DNA from: Patescibacteria group bacterium | GTDB lineage: Bacteria > Patescibacteriota > Microgenomatia > UBA10105 > UBA927 | Length of the DNA: 61,736 bases | NCBI GenBank assembly: GCA_018821245.1 | Contig: JAHJMO010000001.1 | Span: 1-61,736, forward strand | Reading direction: 5' to 3' | Part shown: in pieces, positions 9,274 to 19,793 of the stretch | How the letters are laid out: every line of letters begins with the position of its first letter | Numbering within the stretch: position 1 is the stretch's first letter | The notes under the pieces: model-generated | What the model was told of the DNA's origin: nothing | What the model saw: only the letters and a program-made list of their open reading frames with translations | Database searches by the model: none | Program-made: the position numbers and the translations under genes

Positions 9274-10342
9274 TCAACGATTGTATATTTTTCTCAAACA
9301 GATGCTTTGTAAATTTCTTCGCCTGATTAACAATAGCTCGGGAAAAGAACCGTGTTTTGGTAAATCGAACCATTGCCTGTATTAACGATTGTTCTGTAAA
9401 TACGGCAAAAAACACCCCTGTTTTTCCGTCAACTATGCTCTCCTTAAGCGCTCCGGAGTCATACGCAATCACCGGCACCCCATGTGCCATCGCTTCAACG
9501 GGTACAATCCCAAAATCCTCCTCAATTGAGGGATAAATCAACGCTTTTGCTCCTGCATAAACATCGTGCATCCTCTCGTCCGGAACCCAACCTTTAAACC
9601 GTATTGTGGGCCCTGCAATAGAACGCAAATATTCCCCTTGGGATCCAGCGCCAACTATCATAAGCGGTTCTTTGAGTTTGTTACATGTCCGTATTGCCAG
9701 GTCAATACCCTTTTGCTTAGAAAGTCTTGAAACACACAAAAAATATTTCGGGTTCCTCTTGGGAATCTTTTTGGGGATATCTACAGGCGGATAGACAACC
9801 GTACTCTCCCGCCGGTAATACTTTTTTATCCTTGTCTGTACGGTTTTTGAGTTTGCAACCAGAACGTCCGGTCGCTGTGCTCCTATAAAATCCCGCACCC
9901 TTAGCCAAGATAGCAGGGGAGAAAGAAGAATTTTCACAAACGGGTGCCTAAGCGCTCTGGTTTCGTTATATTCCGCGTAGAGGTACCTCGGAGGAGTATG
10001 AACGTAGGAAACGTGAAGCGCCTCCGGCCCCGTAATCACCGACTTTGAGGAAAATGAGTGGGATGATGACAGTACGAGATCATATTCGGTTAAATCCAAT
10101 TGCTCCCAATATACATACAAAAACGGCTTAAGCAATATTGATGCGGAATGAATAAGCGGTATGTAATTAAACAATGAAGAAATAATTTTCCCCTTTGTCG
10201 TGGCTTCCAATGTGTTCCTCCATTTGCTGGCAAGCAATGGTATATATACGTCTGCCCTCGGGTAAAGTTTTAAAAGCGACAAAAGCACCCGCTCCGCCCC
10301 GCCAAATTCAATAAACACATCATGAACAACGGCAACTTTCAT
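9254..10342 (-). CDS. GT4 glycosyltransferase
   Basis: MKVAVVHD...GGAERV, YVHTPPRYL and EDFGIVPVEAMAHGVPVI. Start moved to the ATGA overlap at 10342. Confidence 0.92.
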   Translation of the reverse strand: MKVAVVHDVFIEFGGAERVLLSLLKLYPRADVYIPLLASKWRNTLEATTKGKIISSLFNYIPLIHSASILLKPFLYVYWEQLDLTEYDLVLSSSHSFSSKSVITGPEALHVSYVHTPPRYLYAEYNETRALRHPFVKILLSPLLSWLRVRDFIGAQRPDVLVANSKTVQTRIKKYYRRESTVVYPPVDIPKKIPKRNPKYFLCVSRLSKQKGIDLAIRTCNKLKEPLMIVGAGSQGEYLRSIAGPTIRFKGWVPDERMHDVYAGAKALIYPSIEEDFGIVPVEAMAHGVPVIAYDSGALKESIVDGKTGVFFAVFTEQSLIQAMVRFTKTRFFSRAIVNQAKKFTKHLFEKNIQSLIDEKSK

Positions 10343-11688
10343 AGATGATTTAATATTCCCCGTAAGAAGAAAAATGTCACCATTCCCTGAGCGCCGTATC
10401 CGTTGTCGGTAATTCCATAAAGAATCCACGCCCAGGAAGATAGAGCAAATAATAAATATTGGCGTTTTCTTTCCGCCTGTTTTATCCCAATCAGCCGGAG
10501 AAAATCTGTTTTTACAAAATACAAAAGCAGTGCGACAAACGATATGAACCCCAATAGCCCTGTGTCCGAAAGTTTTTCAAAAAACAGGTTGTGAACCCCA
10601 ATGCCGATGTCCGATCTTACCGTATAATTGCGTGCTCCTCTATCATAATATCTGCGCAAAGGAAATTCGCTTACGTCATTATATGTATTGGGACCGGTAC
10701 CAACGATCGGGTGGGATTTGAAGTTTTTTAAAGCCGTGTCCCAGTAGGTAAAACGCAGGTCGATAGTTTCAAGGTCGCGCTCAACGCGGGGACGAAAAAA
10801 ACGATCCTCAAGATTAAACCCAAAATAACGTTGTGATGTATACATCCCAAACCAAACAATCGGCAGGGAAACCAATAAGACTATGGCCGCTGTTTTGCGG
10901 GGCATGAGCCATAAAACAAAAATCAGTTCAATAAAAATCACGATTGCGTCAATCCTGTTGTTGCTCATTACCGCAGTTAATACCCCCACAAAAATCACAA
11001 GCGATGAAAACAGCTTTTGGATAATGGATGCCCTATTTTTTACCAGAAAGAGCGCACACAGCGGCACGAGCATAATATATGGGCCAAGACTGGCATATTT
11101 GCCGTAATAACGAAGCTCGCTTAAGAGATAATTTGCCCGGTGTTCCAAAAAAAGAAAATAGTACAAAGGGTCGACTTCGTACCGAAACAGTAAAGAAAAA
11201 AATGTAAATGTAAATGTGGCGATTACCAAAACCGCTGATAGCGCAAGGAACAGCATCAAATATCCGCGTGGCAGCCGAATTTTTGAAAACGCAAAAACAA
11301 TCGCCGCCGACATGAACGGGTACCACAGATATAATAGGGAGGCTTCCGGAACCTGCGAAAATAACGTGGAAATTCCTATGGCCAGCACAAATCCCATCAT
11401 AAGATAATTCTGCTTGTGCAAGCGCGTTCTGACGGAAGGGAGGGGTAAAAAGATTAAACACCCGGCAAGAAGCAAAAAAAGGCCCTTAAGAATTCCGTGG
11501 GTTGCTTTCGGTCCGGAGATAGGCCATCTCATTGATTCGAGATATCCAAGAAGAAACATAATCAAAAGAATAGACAAAACAATCGTCTGCGCGCGGAACG
11601 ATACGCGCTTAAATGTTCGCGAGCGCCTTATTTTCTTATATAATAGACGGGCGATAGTTTTTGTTTTTTGTGTAATCGGGGATTTCAT
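10339..11688 (-). CDS. O-antigen ligase / Wzy_C family membrane protein
   Basis: RFTYW...HPIVGTGP...VHNLFFEKLSDTGLLG. Start is uncertain. Confidence 0.85.
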   Translation of the reverse strand: MKSPITQKTKTIARLLYKKIRRSRTFKRVSFRAQTIVLSILLIMFLLGYLESMRWPISGPKATHGILKGLFLLLAGCLIFLPLPSVRTRLHKQNYLMMGFVLAIGISTLFSQVPEASLLYLWYPFMSAAIVFAFSKIRLPRGYLMLFLALSAVLVIATFTFTFFSLLFRYEVDPLYYFLFLEHRANYLLSELRYYGKYASLGPYIMLVPLCALFLVKNRASIIQKLFSSLVIFVGVLTAVMSNNRIDAIVIFIELIFVLWLMPRKTAAIVLLVSLPIVWFGMYTSQRYFGFNLEDRFFRPRVERDLETIDLRFTYWDTALKNFKSHPIVGTGPNTYNDVSEFPLRRYYDRGARNYTVRSDIGIGVHNLFFEKLSDTGLLGFISFVALLLYFVKTDFLRLIGIKQAERKRQYLLFALSSWAWILYGITDNGYGAQGMVTFFFLRGILNHL

Positions 11689-11758
11689 ATGGGGAAACCC
11701 ATGTTTATACATCCCACATTCTACGGTAGCCAAATGGAACAATCAAGCCAAAATTAAT

Positions 11759-12505
11759 ATGTTATTTCATGCTTTGTTTATTTCGCCTCATCTTGACGAT
11801 GCAGTATTGTCTGCCGGAGGCGAAGTTGCGCGGTTGACACACGATGGCAAAAGCGCTTGCATTGTCACTGTATTTACCCGGGCTGCCGCCCCTGTCACTC
11901 GGGATGCTCATGGTTTTATTGAGGAATCCAATGAAGAAAACGCCGAGCTGTTGTTTTCCAAGCGCCGCTTAGAAGATCGAAAAGCCGCAGGGGTCTTGGG
12001 CGCACACCACGTCCACATGGGATTTATTGATGCTTTGTTTAGAACCCTGCCTAATAAAAGCGAGCCTCTTTATCCCGCGTATAAACAAATTTTTTCAGGC
12101 AACATATCTTTGAACGACCGATTGCTTTGCGAACAAATACGGGTCGGGCTTCAAAAAATAAAAAACAGACAGACAGACAAAAGAGTGCGTATTTATGCGC
12201 CGCTTGGGGTGGGCGGCCACGTAGATCACATTATCACTCACCTTTGTGTTCGTGAAATTTTTCCCAAACAAAGCATCTGGTGGGAAGATGTTCCTTATCG
12301 CACACACCCAATACAATTATTTAAACGATTAAGTGAGGCCTCGTGTTACAACGCAACCAACAAGCTAATCAAAAACACCCTGCAATATTCTAAACAAAAA
12401 CTGAACGCCGTACGTTGTTATAAGAGTCAGATTGCCAAGCTGGAGTATTCCGGATTAAGTGACATAGATTATTATGCGGAGGCTTATTATACACACGTAA
12501 AATAA
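11759..12505 (+). CDS. PIG-L family deacetylase
   Basis: SPHLDDAVLSAGG, RRLED, GGHVDH and YKSQ motifs. Start set at ATG 11759. Confidence 0.88.
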   Translation: MLFHALFISPHLDDAVLSAGGEVARLTHDGKSACIVTVFTRAAAPVTRDAHGFIEESNEENAELLFSKRRLEDRKAAGVLGAHHVHMGFIDALFRTLPNKSEPLYPAYKQIFSGNISLNDRLLCEQIRVGLQKIKNRQTDKRVRIYAPLGVGGHVDHIITHLCVREIFPKQSIWWEDVPYRTHPIQLFKRLSEASCYNATNKLIKNTLQYSKQKLNAVRCYKSQIAKLEYSGLSDIDYYAEAYYTHVK

Positions 12506-12565
12506 GAGCATTTGGTTGTATTGGACAACGGCCTAAGCGCAAGCTTTTCCTGCTGTTTCAGACCT

Positions 12566-13693
12566 ATGACCATGAAGGTTCTCGTTCTTTATCAGGGCGT
12601 ACAAAGCGGATCAAAAATAGCAACCGAGTCAATCGTGCGAGAACTGCGTGGTCTTTATCCAGAGTCGATTTTTATTGTATATCAGCAGTGCCCACAGGTT
12701 GCGGTGTCAGGCCCCCTCTCGTTTCTTAAATATTTATTATGGTCAATGTGGGATTTCCGGCGTGTTATAAACCAAAAGAGAAGCATTACGTGTGTTTATT
12801 CAACAATGTATACGGCAATTATTTCCCAGTGGTTATCAAAAAAACGTCAAATACCGTCTATTTTCCACGTCCATGGAGATCAGCGGTTTGGTCGAGAGCC
12901 CAACAACAACCTGTTGCGAACTGTTTATAGAATTTTCCTTGGACGCATTGTGATTCTTCTACAGAAACTTGCCGTGCACTTCGCGACCCGCGTCTGTTTC
13001 GTCTCGTCTACGGCTCAACATGAATTTCTTTCCCGTTACCACCTGCAAATACACACAGGAAAGTCTACAATTCTTCCAAACGGAGTGGATACTAAAAAAT
13101 TTTTTCCGAGTTCCCGCGCACGGCCCCACGATAGACACAAGCCCACATTGCTGTATGTCGGCCGTATTGATGAAAAAAAGGGCATTCACCGCCTTATGCA
13201 CTCTTTGGAATATCTCCGCGCCCTTTCCCCTCGCCTTGTTGTTGCTTATCCTTCATATTTTGACCGCCACTCTGCTTCTTATTTTTCCCGCCTTCAGGGG
13301 GTGGCGGAGCGTGTTGCAGGCGTAACTATATCGTTTGTTAAAAATCCCAAAAATCTTACCGCTCTTTATCATGGCGCACACTGCATCATTCTTCCTTCGA
13401 CGCAGGAAATGGCACCTTTAGTTGTCTTGGAGGCGCTCGCGTGTGGAACCCCTCTCCTTTGTGCAAATGTCGGTGGAATTTCAACCATGCTTGGTCCGCT
13501 TGCCTTCTATTGTGTGTTGCCTTCAGATCGTCCTGTGGCAATTGCTGAAGCAATTAAAAAAACCCTGTCGTTTTCACCAAAATTACGCGCCAAGCTGCAA
13601 AGGGACGGGGTTATGATTGCCAGCAAATACAGTTGGCGGGCAACGGCAAAAAATTTATATGCGCTTATTGCCGAAATTACTCAACCCTGGTAA
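12566..13693 (+). CDS. GT4 glycosyltransferase
   Basis: PNGVD, YVGRIDEKKG and PLVVLEALACGTP motifs. Confidence 0.88.
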   Translation: MTMKVLVLYQGVQSGSKIATESIVRELRGLYPESIFIVYQQCPQVAVSGPLSFLKYLLWSMWDFRRVINQKRSITCVYSTMYTAIISQWLSKKRQIPSIFHVHGDQRFGREPNNNLLRTVYRIFLGRIVILLQKLAVHFATRVCFVSSTAQHEFLSRYHLQIHTGKSTILPNGVDTKKFFPSSRARPHDRHKPTLLYVGRIDEKKGIHRLMHSLEYLRALSPRLVVAYPSYFDRHSASYFSRLQGVAERVAGVTISFVKNPKNLTALYHGAHCIILPSTQEMAPLVVLEALACGTPLLCANVGGISTMLGPLAFYCVLPSDRPVAIAEAIKKTLSFSPKLRAKLQRDGVMIASKYSWRATAKNLYALIAEITQPW

Positions 13694-14516
13694 TGTATCC
13701 GCTGACATTGGCACTTTCAAACGGAAACATTATGTAAAAACCAACCTTCACTGGCTGAAAGTAGGAAAAATAATGTCTTCCTTTTGAAACAGCTGTTTTA
13801 ATCCTCAGTTTTAGCGTCATGTCTTTGCGCCGGGAATTGGGACCGACATATAAAACGCCGTCTTCCAGTGCTACCGGGGGAACTTCAGCCGGCTCTACTT
13901 GCTTTTCTAATATCTCCGCCATTGTCTGTCCGTCGTCGGTCTTCATTTTGTCCCCGACATTTACGGCATCCGCTAGCCACGGATATATTCCATAGTTTTT
14001 TATTGTAATCAATTTTTCTGATTCCTGCCTCTCCTCGTCAACCCCTTCAATCCACATGACGCTGGAGTTAATTTTCACATTATTTGGGGCAACATAGATA
14101 ACGGACCCAACCTGTATGGGCTCTCGCCGAAATCGATACTGACCGGATGATTTTATTGCAGTTACGCGAAGTCGAGCCCGCATCCACAACATCTTTCTGT
14201 CTCCTACTTCAAACTTATTTGTTTTGACGACCTCTACAAGCACTTTCCCCAGTGAGTCAAGCTCTTTTGCCCCGGGTTGAATTGGGTCTGTAAGCCACTG
14301 TGGGGGGTCGGGGTTGTTCCACCACCACTCTCCTCCGGAAGCAAACAAATCAACCGTAATATAGGTGTCTTTTTGAAGCAAAACCTTTGCAACAAAAAAA
14401 AGCAACACAACAGACAAGGCAATGAAAAGGGGAACAAAAAGGTCATATTTCCCCAAGATCCTTCCCTTATTGTCGATAAGCTGACGTTTTCTGGCAAGAC
14501 CTGTTGTTTTATTCAT
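13677..14516 (-). CDS. Membrane-anchored hypothetical protein (DUF4330-like, two repeats)
   Basis: LIDNKGRILGK followed by a TM helix, then two similar beta-rich domains. Confidence 0.5.
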   Translation of the reverse strand: MNKTTGLARKRQLIDNKGRILGKYDLFVPLFIALSVVLLFFVAKVLLQKDTYITVDLFASGGEWWWNNPDPPQWLTDPIQPGAKELDSLGKVLVEVVKTNKFEVGDRKMLWMRARLRVTAIKSSGQYRFRREPIQVGSVIYVAPNNVKINSSVMWIEGVDEERQESEKLITIKNYGIYPWLADAVNVGDKMKTDDGQTMAEILEKQVEPAEVPPVALEDGVLYVGPNSRRKDMTLKLRIKTAVSKGRHYFSYFQPVKVGFYIMFPFESANVSGYITRVE

Positions 14517-14536
14517 AAATATACTTGATTACTATA

Positions 14537-15367
14537 TCATTTTTTCGACATACTTATCCACCTGTCTTTTATCAATTGCCTTATAACTGCAGATGCGAAA
14601 GTCGCATTTCCGATCATATATCGCACAAACAGCCTTTTCGGGTCTTGGTATAGTCGATACGCCCATTCCAGGCCGATATTTTGTGTCCATGGGGCGGGCT
14701 TTTTTTTATATCCTGTAATATAGTCAAACGCCGCACCTACTCCTATCAAAACCGACCGGACGTGCATGCTGTTTTCTATCATCCACTTTTCCTGATGCGG
14801 GCATCCGCTTCCCACAAAAACGATGTCCGGCTTGGAAAGCTGTATTTTTTTTATTACATCCCCCTCTGCTTTTGTGCTTAATGCACGCCACGGGGTGTCT
14901 TGGTTTCCCGCCAATATTAGCTTGGGAAACATTTTCTTTATTGATTTATACACCTTGAGAGACTGGTTGCTTCTGCCTCCTAAAATAAAAATTCTCCATG
15001 CGCGTTCCGCTGCTTCTCCGCAGACCCGAACCATCAGTTCTGGACCGTATACCCTTGTCTGTTTTTTATGTCCATATAAACGAAGCAGCCACACAAGCGG
15101 CATTCCATCTGGCAACACCATGGAAGATTTTTTTACTCCTCGGGCAAGACGAGCATCTTTTAGGCACTCAATCAAAAGATGCGACGCTGAAACACAGATA
15201 TATGCCGATCTTTTTTCTTGAATTTGTTTGCAAATATAACAGATCGTTCTGTCGTAATTTATTGCAGATATGGGGATCCCGAGAATTTCTTGTTTTTTTA
15301 TTCTCATTGTGATATTGGACCAGGTTTTGTCACTGTGTTTTTTGCGGCTTATTTCTTTACTTATCAT
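14537..15367 (-). CDS. WecB/TagA/CpsF (GT26) glycosyltransferase
   Basis: PDGMPLVW, RVYGPELM, GCPHQEKW, GVGAAFD and GLEWAYRL motifs. Confidence 0.93.
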   Translation of the reverse strand: MISKEISRKKHSDKTWSNITMRIKKQEILGIPISAINYDRTICYICKQIQEKRSAYICVSASHLLIECLKDARLARGVKKSSMVLPDGMPLVWLLRLYGHKKQTRVYGPELMVRVCGEAAERAWRIFILGGRSNQSLKVYKSIKKMFPKLILAGNQDTPWRALSTKAEGDVIKKIQLSKPDIVFVGSGCPHQEKWMIENSMHVRSVLIGVGAAFDYITGYKKKPAPWTQNIGLEWAYRLYQDPKRLFVRYMIGNATFASAVIRQLIKDRWISMSKK

Positions 15368-17366
15368 TATCGCCCTGTATTATATCCCGGGCAAGTGCGC
15401 CCGGCGGACCGAGTTGTCCGTTGTTAAATTGTTCAAGAGCCTGTTCGCAATGTTTGTTTGCATATTTATCCTTTTTACAGATGTCTAGAACGCTCTTTGC
15501 TCCGCCTGTGTCTCCTGTCCACACCATCAGGCTGGCTAGTTCTATGCTTGGGTGGCTCCACGAGGGTGAGGCCAGAACAGCTACCGACCAAAACGGCAGG
15601 GCATCGTTGTATCTGCCTTCGCGAACCGCCGCAAGCCCTGTTTGATATAAAGGCCTTGCCCATGATTCAGACAGTCCGCGTGCACCACGGCGAACAAGCT
15701 CTTGTGAAAGACTGGCCCACCTGTTGTCAATATATAAAAAACGAACATATTCCTGCCGGCACGCCGTGTTCATCGGATCTATATCTAGTACTTCTTTATA
15801 CAACTGGTCTTTTGTATCCCCCTTTGAAATTCGAGCGGCCGCAACTATAACGCTTGCGTCTTTTTTGTGAAAAAAGAAAATTAGTTTTATTTGGGCACTT
15901 GTCGCTGTTTTATTGTATTTTTCATAATGTTCTAACAGGCCCAACGCGCGATCTGCATCATGGGGCGCAATCAAAAACGCGGCCTCGGCTCTTTTTGAAA
16001 AAACAAGGCTAACGGCGCAAGAGCTATAGTAGATACCTACAACAAAAAGGCAAATGAAGATTGTCCGCGATCGGCTTCGTGCGGGCCGCGCATCGGGTTT
16101 AACAACCGACCCCAAAAGCAGTCCCAGTGTTGACCAAAACAACACCCACACCACCAAAAAATTCATGTTAAATTCGTAGGCGCTATAGACAAGTGTCAGC
16201 CCCGCCCCAATCGCCAAGGGCGTTCCGTATCGGGCGTCCTGTCCGCTGCCTCCGGCCCCAAATCCGCGGACAATTTCCTTCCCGTGATGAAAGAGAAGAA
16301 AAAATAAGGGGAGAGCGCCCAAGATGCCAAGTTCCACAATGGTTTCAAGCGGGAAGCTATGGGCAAACCACGAATAGGAAAGCGGGGCGTTCTGGAGTCT
16401 TTTAGACTGCAGGTAAAATGTGCCCGGCCCGCTTCCGAAAGCTGGCCGCTCCTTTATGGCGGATATTGCCTGCGACCAATACCTAAGCCTCCCTTCATTA
16501 AGCGGCGGTGTTTTTAATATCTGTCTCCCTAGGTCGCCGTATCCAAACCAGCGCAGTCTCTGTTTTTGCTCCGCAGGAACAATCGCTATAAGCAGAAATG
16601 CCGCGCTTAGCCCAAAAAGCAGGACAGAGGCGGCGAGGAAAGTCGGGGAGCGCGATGCCTTTATGTGTCCCCTGCGGACAGATTCAAACAAAAAAAAGGC
16701 CGCAATCAAAATCCATGCGCCGCGCGCAAACGTAAAACCCAACGCTGCAACAAAGGCCACAAACACAATAATCGTCTTCGGCGAGGGGCTGTCTCTGTAC
16801 CAATAAATTATTAAGGGGGCGATGAAAACCAAGAGGTCGGCCAGATGATTGTGTCCGTAGTTTCCATAGAGAAGATTCATAAGCGGCAGGCCCCCGGCAA
16901 GAGATGGAAAAATCGCGTACGCTGCCGCCACAAGCGCGGCAAGCCCGACAAACACAACCGCACCGACAGCAAAAACGCGGAGGGTCTTGGGGGAGGAAAG
17001 CGAGTAAAAAAGATGGTATGCCAAATACCCCATGCTCAACCGCACAATGCTGGAAATCGAATACCCGATGCTGTCGGAAAATAGTGTAGAAATCGCGTAT
17101 GCGGTAAATACCGCCGCCCACAGGAGTTGGGCAACCGCCGGAATGGGCCTGATTTTTTTCTTTTGGTAGAGCGCCACAATCCAGAGAGACAACATTCCTC
17201 CTGCAAAGAACGTGTCTGCCGCTGCCTGCTTTCCATCTCCCAAAAACAGCGCCGCAAAAAGCAGCAAAAAAAACGCAAAAAAAATAATATTGGTTTTGAA
17301 AAATTCCGCTGTCAGTTCTTTTTGATGTCTAAACCACATAATCTTTACAAAAACATGTTCGCCCAT
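15357..17366 (-). CDS. O-antigen ligase family protein with C-terminal TPR-like region
   Basis: TFARGAW, RLRYW...RPAFGSGPGTF and AHSFPLETIVELGILG, plus a helical C-terminus. Confidence 0.85.
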   Translation of the reverse strand: MGEHVFVKIMWFRHQKELTAEFFKTNIIFFAFFLLLFAALFLGDGKQAAADTFFAGGMLSLWIVALYQKKKIRPIPAVAQLLWAAVFTAYAISTLFSDSIGYSISSIVRLSMGYLAYHLFYSLSSPKTLRVFAVGAVVFVGLAALVAAAYAIFPSLAGGLPLMNLLYGNYGHNHLADLLVFIAPLIIYWYRDSPSPKTIIVFVAFVAALGFTFARGAWILIAAFFLFESVRRGHIKASRSPTFLAASVLLFGLSAAFLLIAIVPAEQKQRLRWFGYGDLGRQILKTPPLNEGRLRYWSQAISAIKERPAFGSGPGTFYLQSKRLQNAPLSYSWFAHSFPLETIVELGILGALPLFFLLFHHGKEIVRGFGAGGSGQDARYGTPLAIGAGLTLVYSAYEFNMNFLVVWVLFWSTLGLLLGSVVKPDARPARSRSRTIFICLFVVGIYYSSCAVSLVFSKRAEAAFLIAPHDADRALGLLEHYEKYNKTATSAQIKLIFFFHKKDASVIVAAARISKGDTKDQLYKEVLDIDPMNTACRQEYVRFLYIDNRWASLSQELVRRGARGLSESWARPLYQTGLAAVREGRYNDALPFWSVAVLASPSWSHPSIELASLMVWTGDTGGAKSVLDICKKDKYANKHCEQALEQFNNGQLGPPGALARDIIQGDNDK

Positions 17367-18325
17367 ATTTCCATTGCTTCTTTAAGCTTGTTAAAGTATC
17401 TTTTGTTTGGGAGACGGATGTTTATTGCAAGTTCTAAATAGCAGTCGGCCGGTGTTTTTTTTGTCAGCCTTACCTCATCGGCCCTCTTCCACAACCACTC
17501 ATTGATGGCTATTCCCTTTTTTTCCTTTAGTAAATTTTTGTGCGGGTCAGAGGCCTTTTTGTGCTCCACAAACGGCGATCCGCTTACAGCGGAAAGGCCT
17601 AAGTGATCTATAATTTTTTTGGCAAAAATTCCTGCCCAAATATCGTCAAACCTGTCATATCCCCACGGGCGCCCCTCTGGGTCTTTTCCCATCAGAGGAA
17701 AATACATGATGGGAGCTGCTTCTTTTGCAAACGCCAAATTCATAGAGCAAAGGGGGAAGTATGCGCCGGACGGAATCACCTGGAGGACCGGGGGGTATAA
17801 CGGAAGATTTATATGAGGATGTTGCAATTGTGTTTGCGCATCAAGATCAATACTGTTGGTCCACAAACCGTGACTTATAACAACCTTTTTTTCTTTGCGG
17901 ATGGAGTAGGGGATTCCGCGCGTGTAGAGAAAGTCCGGATCCGGATACGTAGGCACCCACCGCCCCGGCACGGCCATGGAAAGATTGCGCAGGTGATTAT
18001 ATATAAACCCATCGCCCGTCGGAAAACAATCGTCATCCAGGGTAACTATAATATCGGCGCCCATTGTGACCGCCTTCCAAAACCCATATGAGCGGATTCC
18101 TGCGTTGTGTCGTGAAAAAATCCACTCTTTTTTCCCAAAATCTTTTTTTATGTCCCGCCAGTCATAATGCAGAACTTCTTTTGCCGCTCCGCAGGGCGTT
18201 TCTATCTGCTTGTCCTTGTGATCTTCAACAATAAGTAAAGAACAGTCAGAAAATTCTTTTTTCCACGAAGACAAAAATGCAAGGCTTCTAATGGTGGGAA
18301 TAACGACAAAAACGTTTGTATCCAT
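17345..18325 (-). CDS. RGP/GT75 family protein (UDP-arabinopyranose mutase-like)
   Basis: RSYGF, LDDDC, RGIPYSIR, SHGLW, SMNLAF and RFDDIWAG motifs. Confidence 0.85.
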   Translation of the reverse strand: MDTNVFVVIPTIRSLAFLSSWKKEFSDCSLLIVEDHKDKQIETPCGAAKEVLHYDWRDIKKDFGKKEWIFSRHNAGIRSYGFWKAVTMGADIIVTLDDDCFPTGDGFIYNHLRNLSMAVPGRWVPTYPDPDFLYTRGIPYSIRKEKKVVISHGLWTNSIDLDAQTQLQHPHINLPLYPPVLQVIPSGAYFPLCSMNLAFAKEAAPIMYFPLMGKDPEGRPWGYDRFDDIWAGIFAKKIIDHLGLSAVSGSPFVEHKKASDPHKNLLKEKKGIAINEWLWKRADEVRLTKKTPADCYLELAINIRLPNKRYFNKLKEAMEIWANMFL

Positions 18326-18365
18326 CCCACAAAATGTATCATATGTTTGTCAAAAAAAACACCCC

Positions 18366-18412
18366 TTGACTTCTGTTGGCGAGTCTTTTACCATGTGGAC
18401 AACTTATCCACA
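18366..18412 (+). promoter_or_regulatory. dnaA promoter with a pair of DnaA boxes
   Basis: TTGACT, 17 bp, TACCAT (18389-18394). DnaA boxes TGTGGACAA (18394-18402) and TTATCCACA (18404-18412). Confidence 0.8.
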
Positions 18413-18437
18413 CCTCGCTTGCCCCGTATTTACTTAT

Positions 18438-19793
18438 ATGGATCTGGAAAAACTTTGGAAATCGGTTTTGGCAGAGCTTGAACTCTCGGTCTCTAAGGCT
18501 ACGTTTCAAACTCATTTTGCAAGCGCTCATCTCGTGTCCTTTTCGGAGGGCGTTGCCACAATCGGATTTGCAAATCCGCTTATGCGAACCCTCGTGGAAA
18601 CCAGATACTATTCTCTGGTAAAAAGCGTCTTTGACCACCAGGCCAGGGGCGACGTCAGTCTTGTGTTTGTGGTTGTTCCCAAAAAAGACTCGCTTTCCGC
18701 TCGGGCCGGCCCCCTGTTTGCTCCGACCCCACAGCCGTCGGTGGACTCTGCTGTGCTCGCCAGAAGGCTTCACATAAACCCGTCGTGCACCTTTGACGGC
18801 TTTGCGGTTTCCACGTCCAACCAAATGGCGTATGCTGCTGCTACTGCCGTTGCGAAAAGCCCGGGCACGGCCTACAACCCTCTTTTTCTCTATGGCGGAG
18901 TGGGGGTGGGGAAAACCCACCTCATGTATGCTGTTGCTAATTCTATTTTAGAAAAAAAGCCTTCGGCCAGAGTCGTTTATTGTATGGGCGAAGAGTTCCT
19001 CAATGAAATCGTTGAGGCTATTCAAACCAAATCAGCGCGTCAGTTTAAACAAAAATATCGAAGCGCCCAGCTTCTTCTTGTCGATGACGTGCAGTTTATT
19101 GCGGGTAAAACCACGGCGCAGGAAGAATTCTTTCACACATTTAATGCTGTACACAGGGAGGGGGGACAAATCATTTTGACAAGCGACAGGCCCCCGTCGG
19201 AAATCTCTAAATTGGAAGACCGGCTGCGCTCCCGGTTTGAGGGCGGGCTTACGGTGGATATTTCTCCTCCGGACTTTGAGCTTCGGGCGGCCATCGTGAA
19301 CATTAAGTCTACCGCCATGGGACTGGCTGTTCCTTCCGACGCTGCACAACTTATTGCCGCCAACATCACGGACACGCGGGCAATTGAGGGTTTTTTGAGG
19401 AGACTCACCGCCGGAGTTTTTTCGGGCGTAGGAGGCATTACTGCCGAAGCCGTTGCCTCTCTCTTGAGCACAAAGGCCCAAAACGGCGTAACCAAAAAAC
19501 CAAAGCGGGTTTCTCCCCAGGAGGCGCTTTCCGCCGTGGCAGATTATTTCGGCATAAAACCAACCGCAATAAAGGGCCCCAAGCGGAACCGGCCCATAGC
19601 CAGGCCCAGGCAGGTATATATGTACCTGTGTAAAACCGAGCTCGGTCTTACCTATAATGACATCGGCGGCGGTCTGGGTGGCAGAGACCATACCACCATA
19701 ATGCACGGTGTTGAAACCATCACAAAAGAGTTATCAACAAACGAGTCTCTTCGCGGCGCCATCGAGGGGATAAAACAAAAACTATGGGCGTAG
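18438..19793 (+). CDS. dnaA: Chromosomal replication initiator DnaA
   Basis: YNPLFLYGGVGVGKTHL, LLVDDVQF, QEEFFHTFN, RLRSRF and GGRDHTT motifs. Confidence 0.98.
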   Translation: MDLEKLWKSVLAELELSVSKATFQTHFASAHLVSFSEGVATIGFANPLMRTLVETRYYSLVKSVFDHQARGDVSLVFVVVPKKDSLSARAGPLFAPTPQPSVDSAVLARRLHINPSCTFDGFAVSTSNQMAYAAATAVAKSPGTAYNPLFLYGGVGVGKTHLMYAVANSILEKKPSARVVYCMGEEFLNEIVEAIQTKSARQFKQKYRSAQLLLVDDVQFIAGKTTAQEEFFHTFNAVHREGGQIILTSDRPPSEISKLEDRLRSRFEGGLTVDISPPDFELRAAIVNIKSTAMGLAVPSDAAQLIAANITDTRAIEGFLRRLTAGVFSGVGGITAEAVASLLSTKAQNGVTKKPKRVSPQEALSAVADYFGIKPTAIKGPKRNRPIARPRQVYMYLCKTELGLTYNDIGGGLGGRDHTTIMHGVETITKELSTNESLRGAIEGIKQKLWA

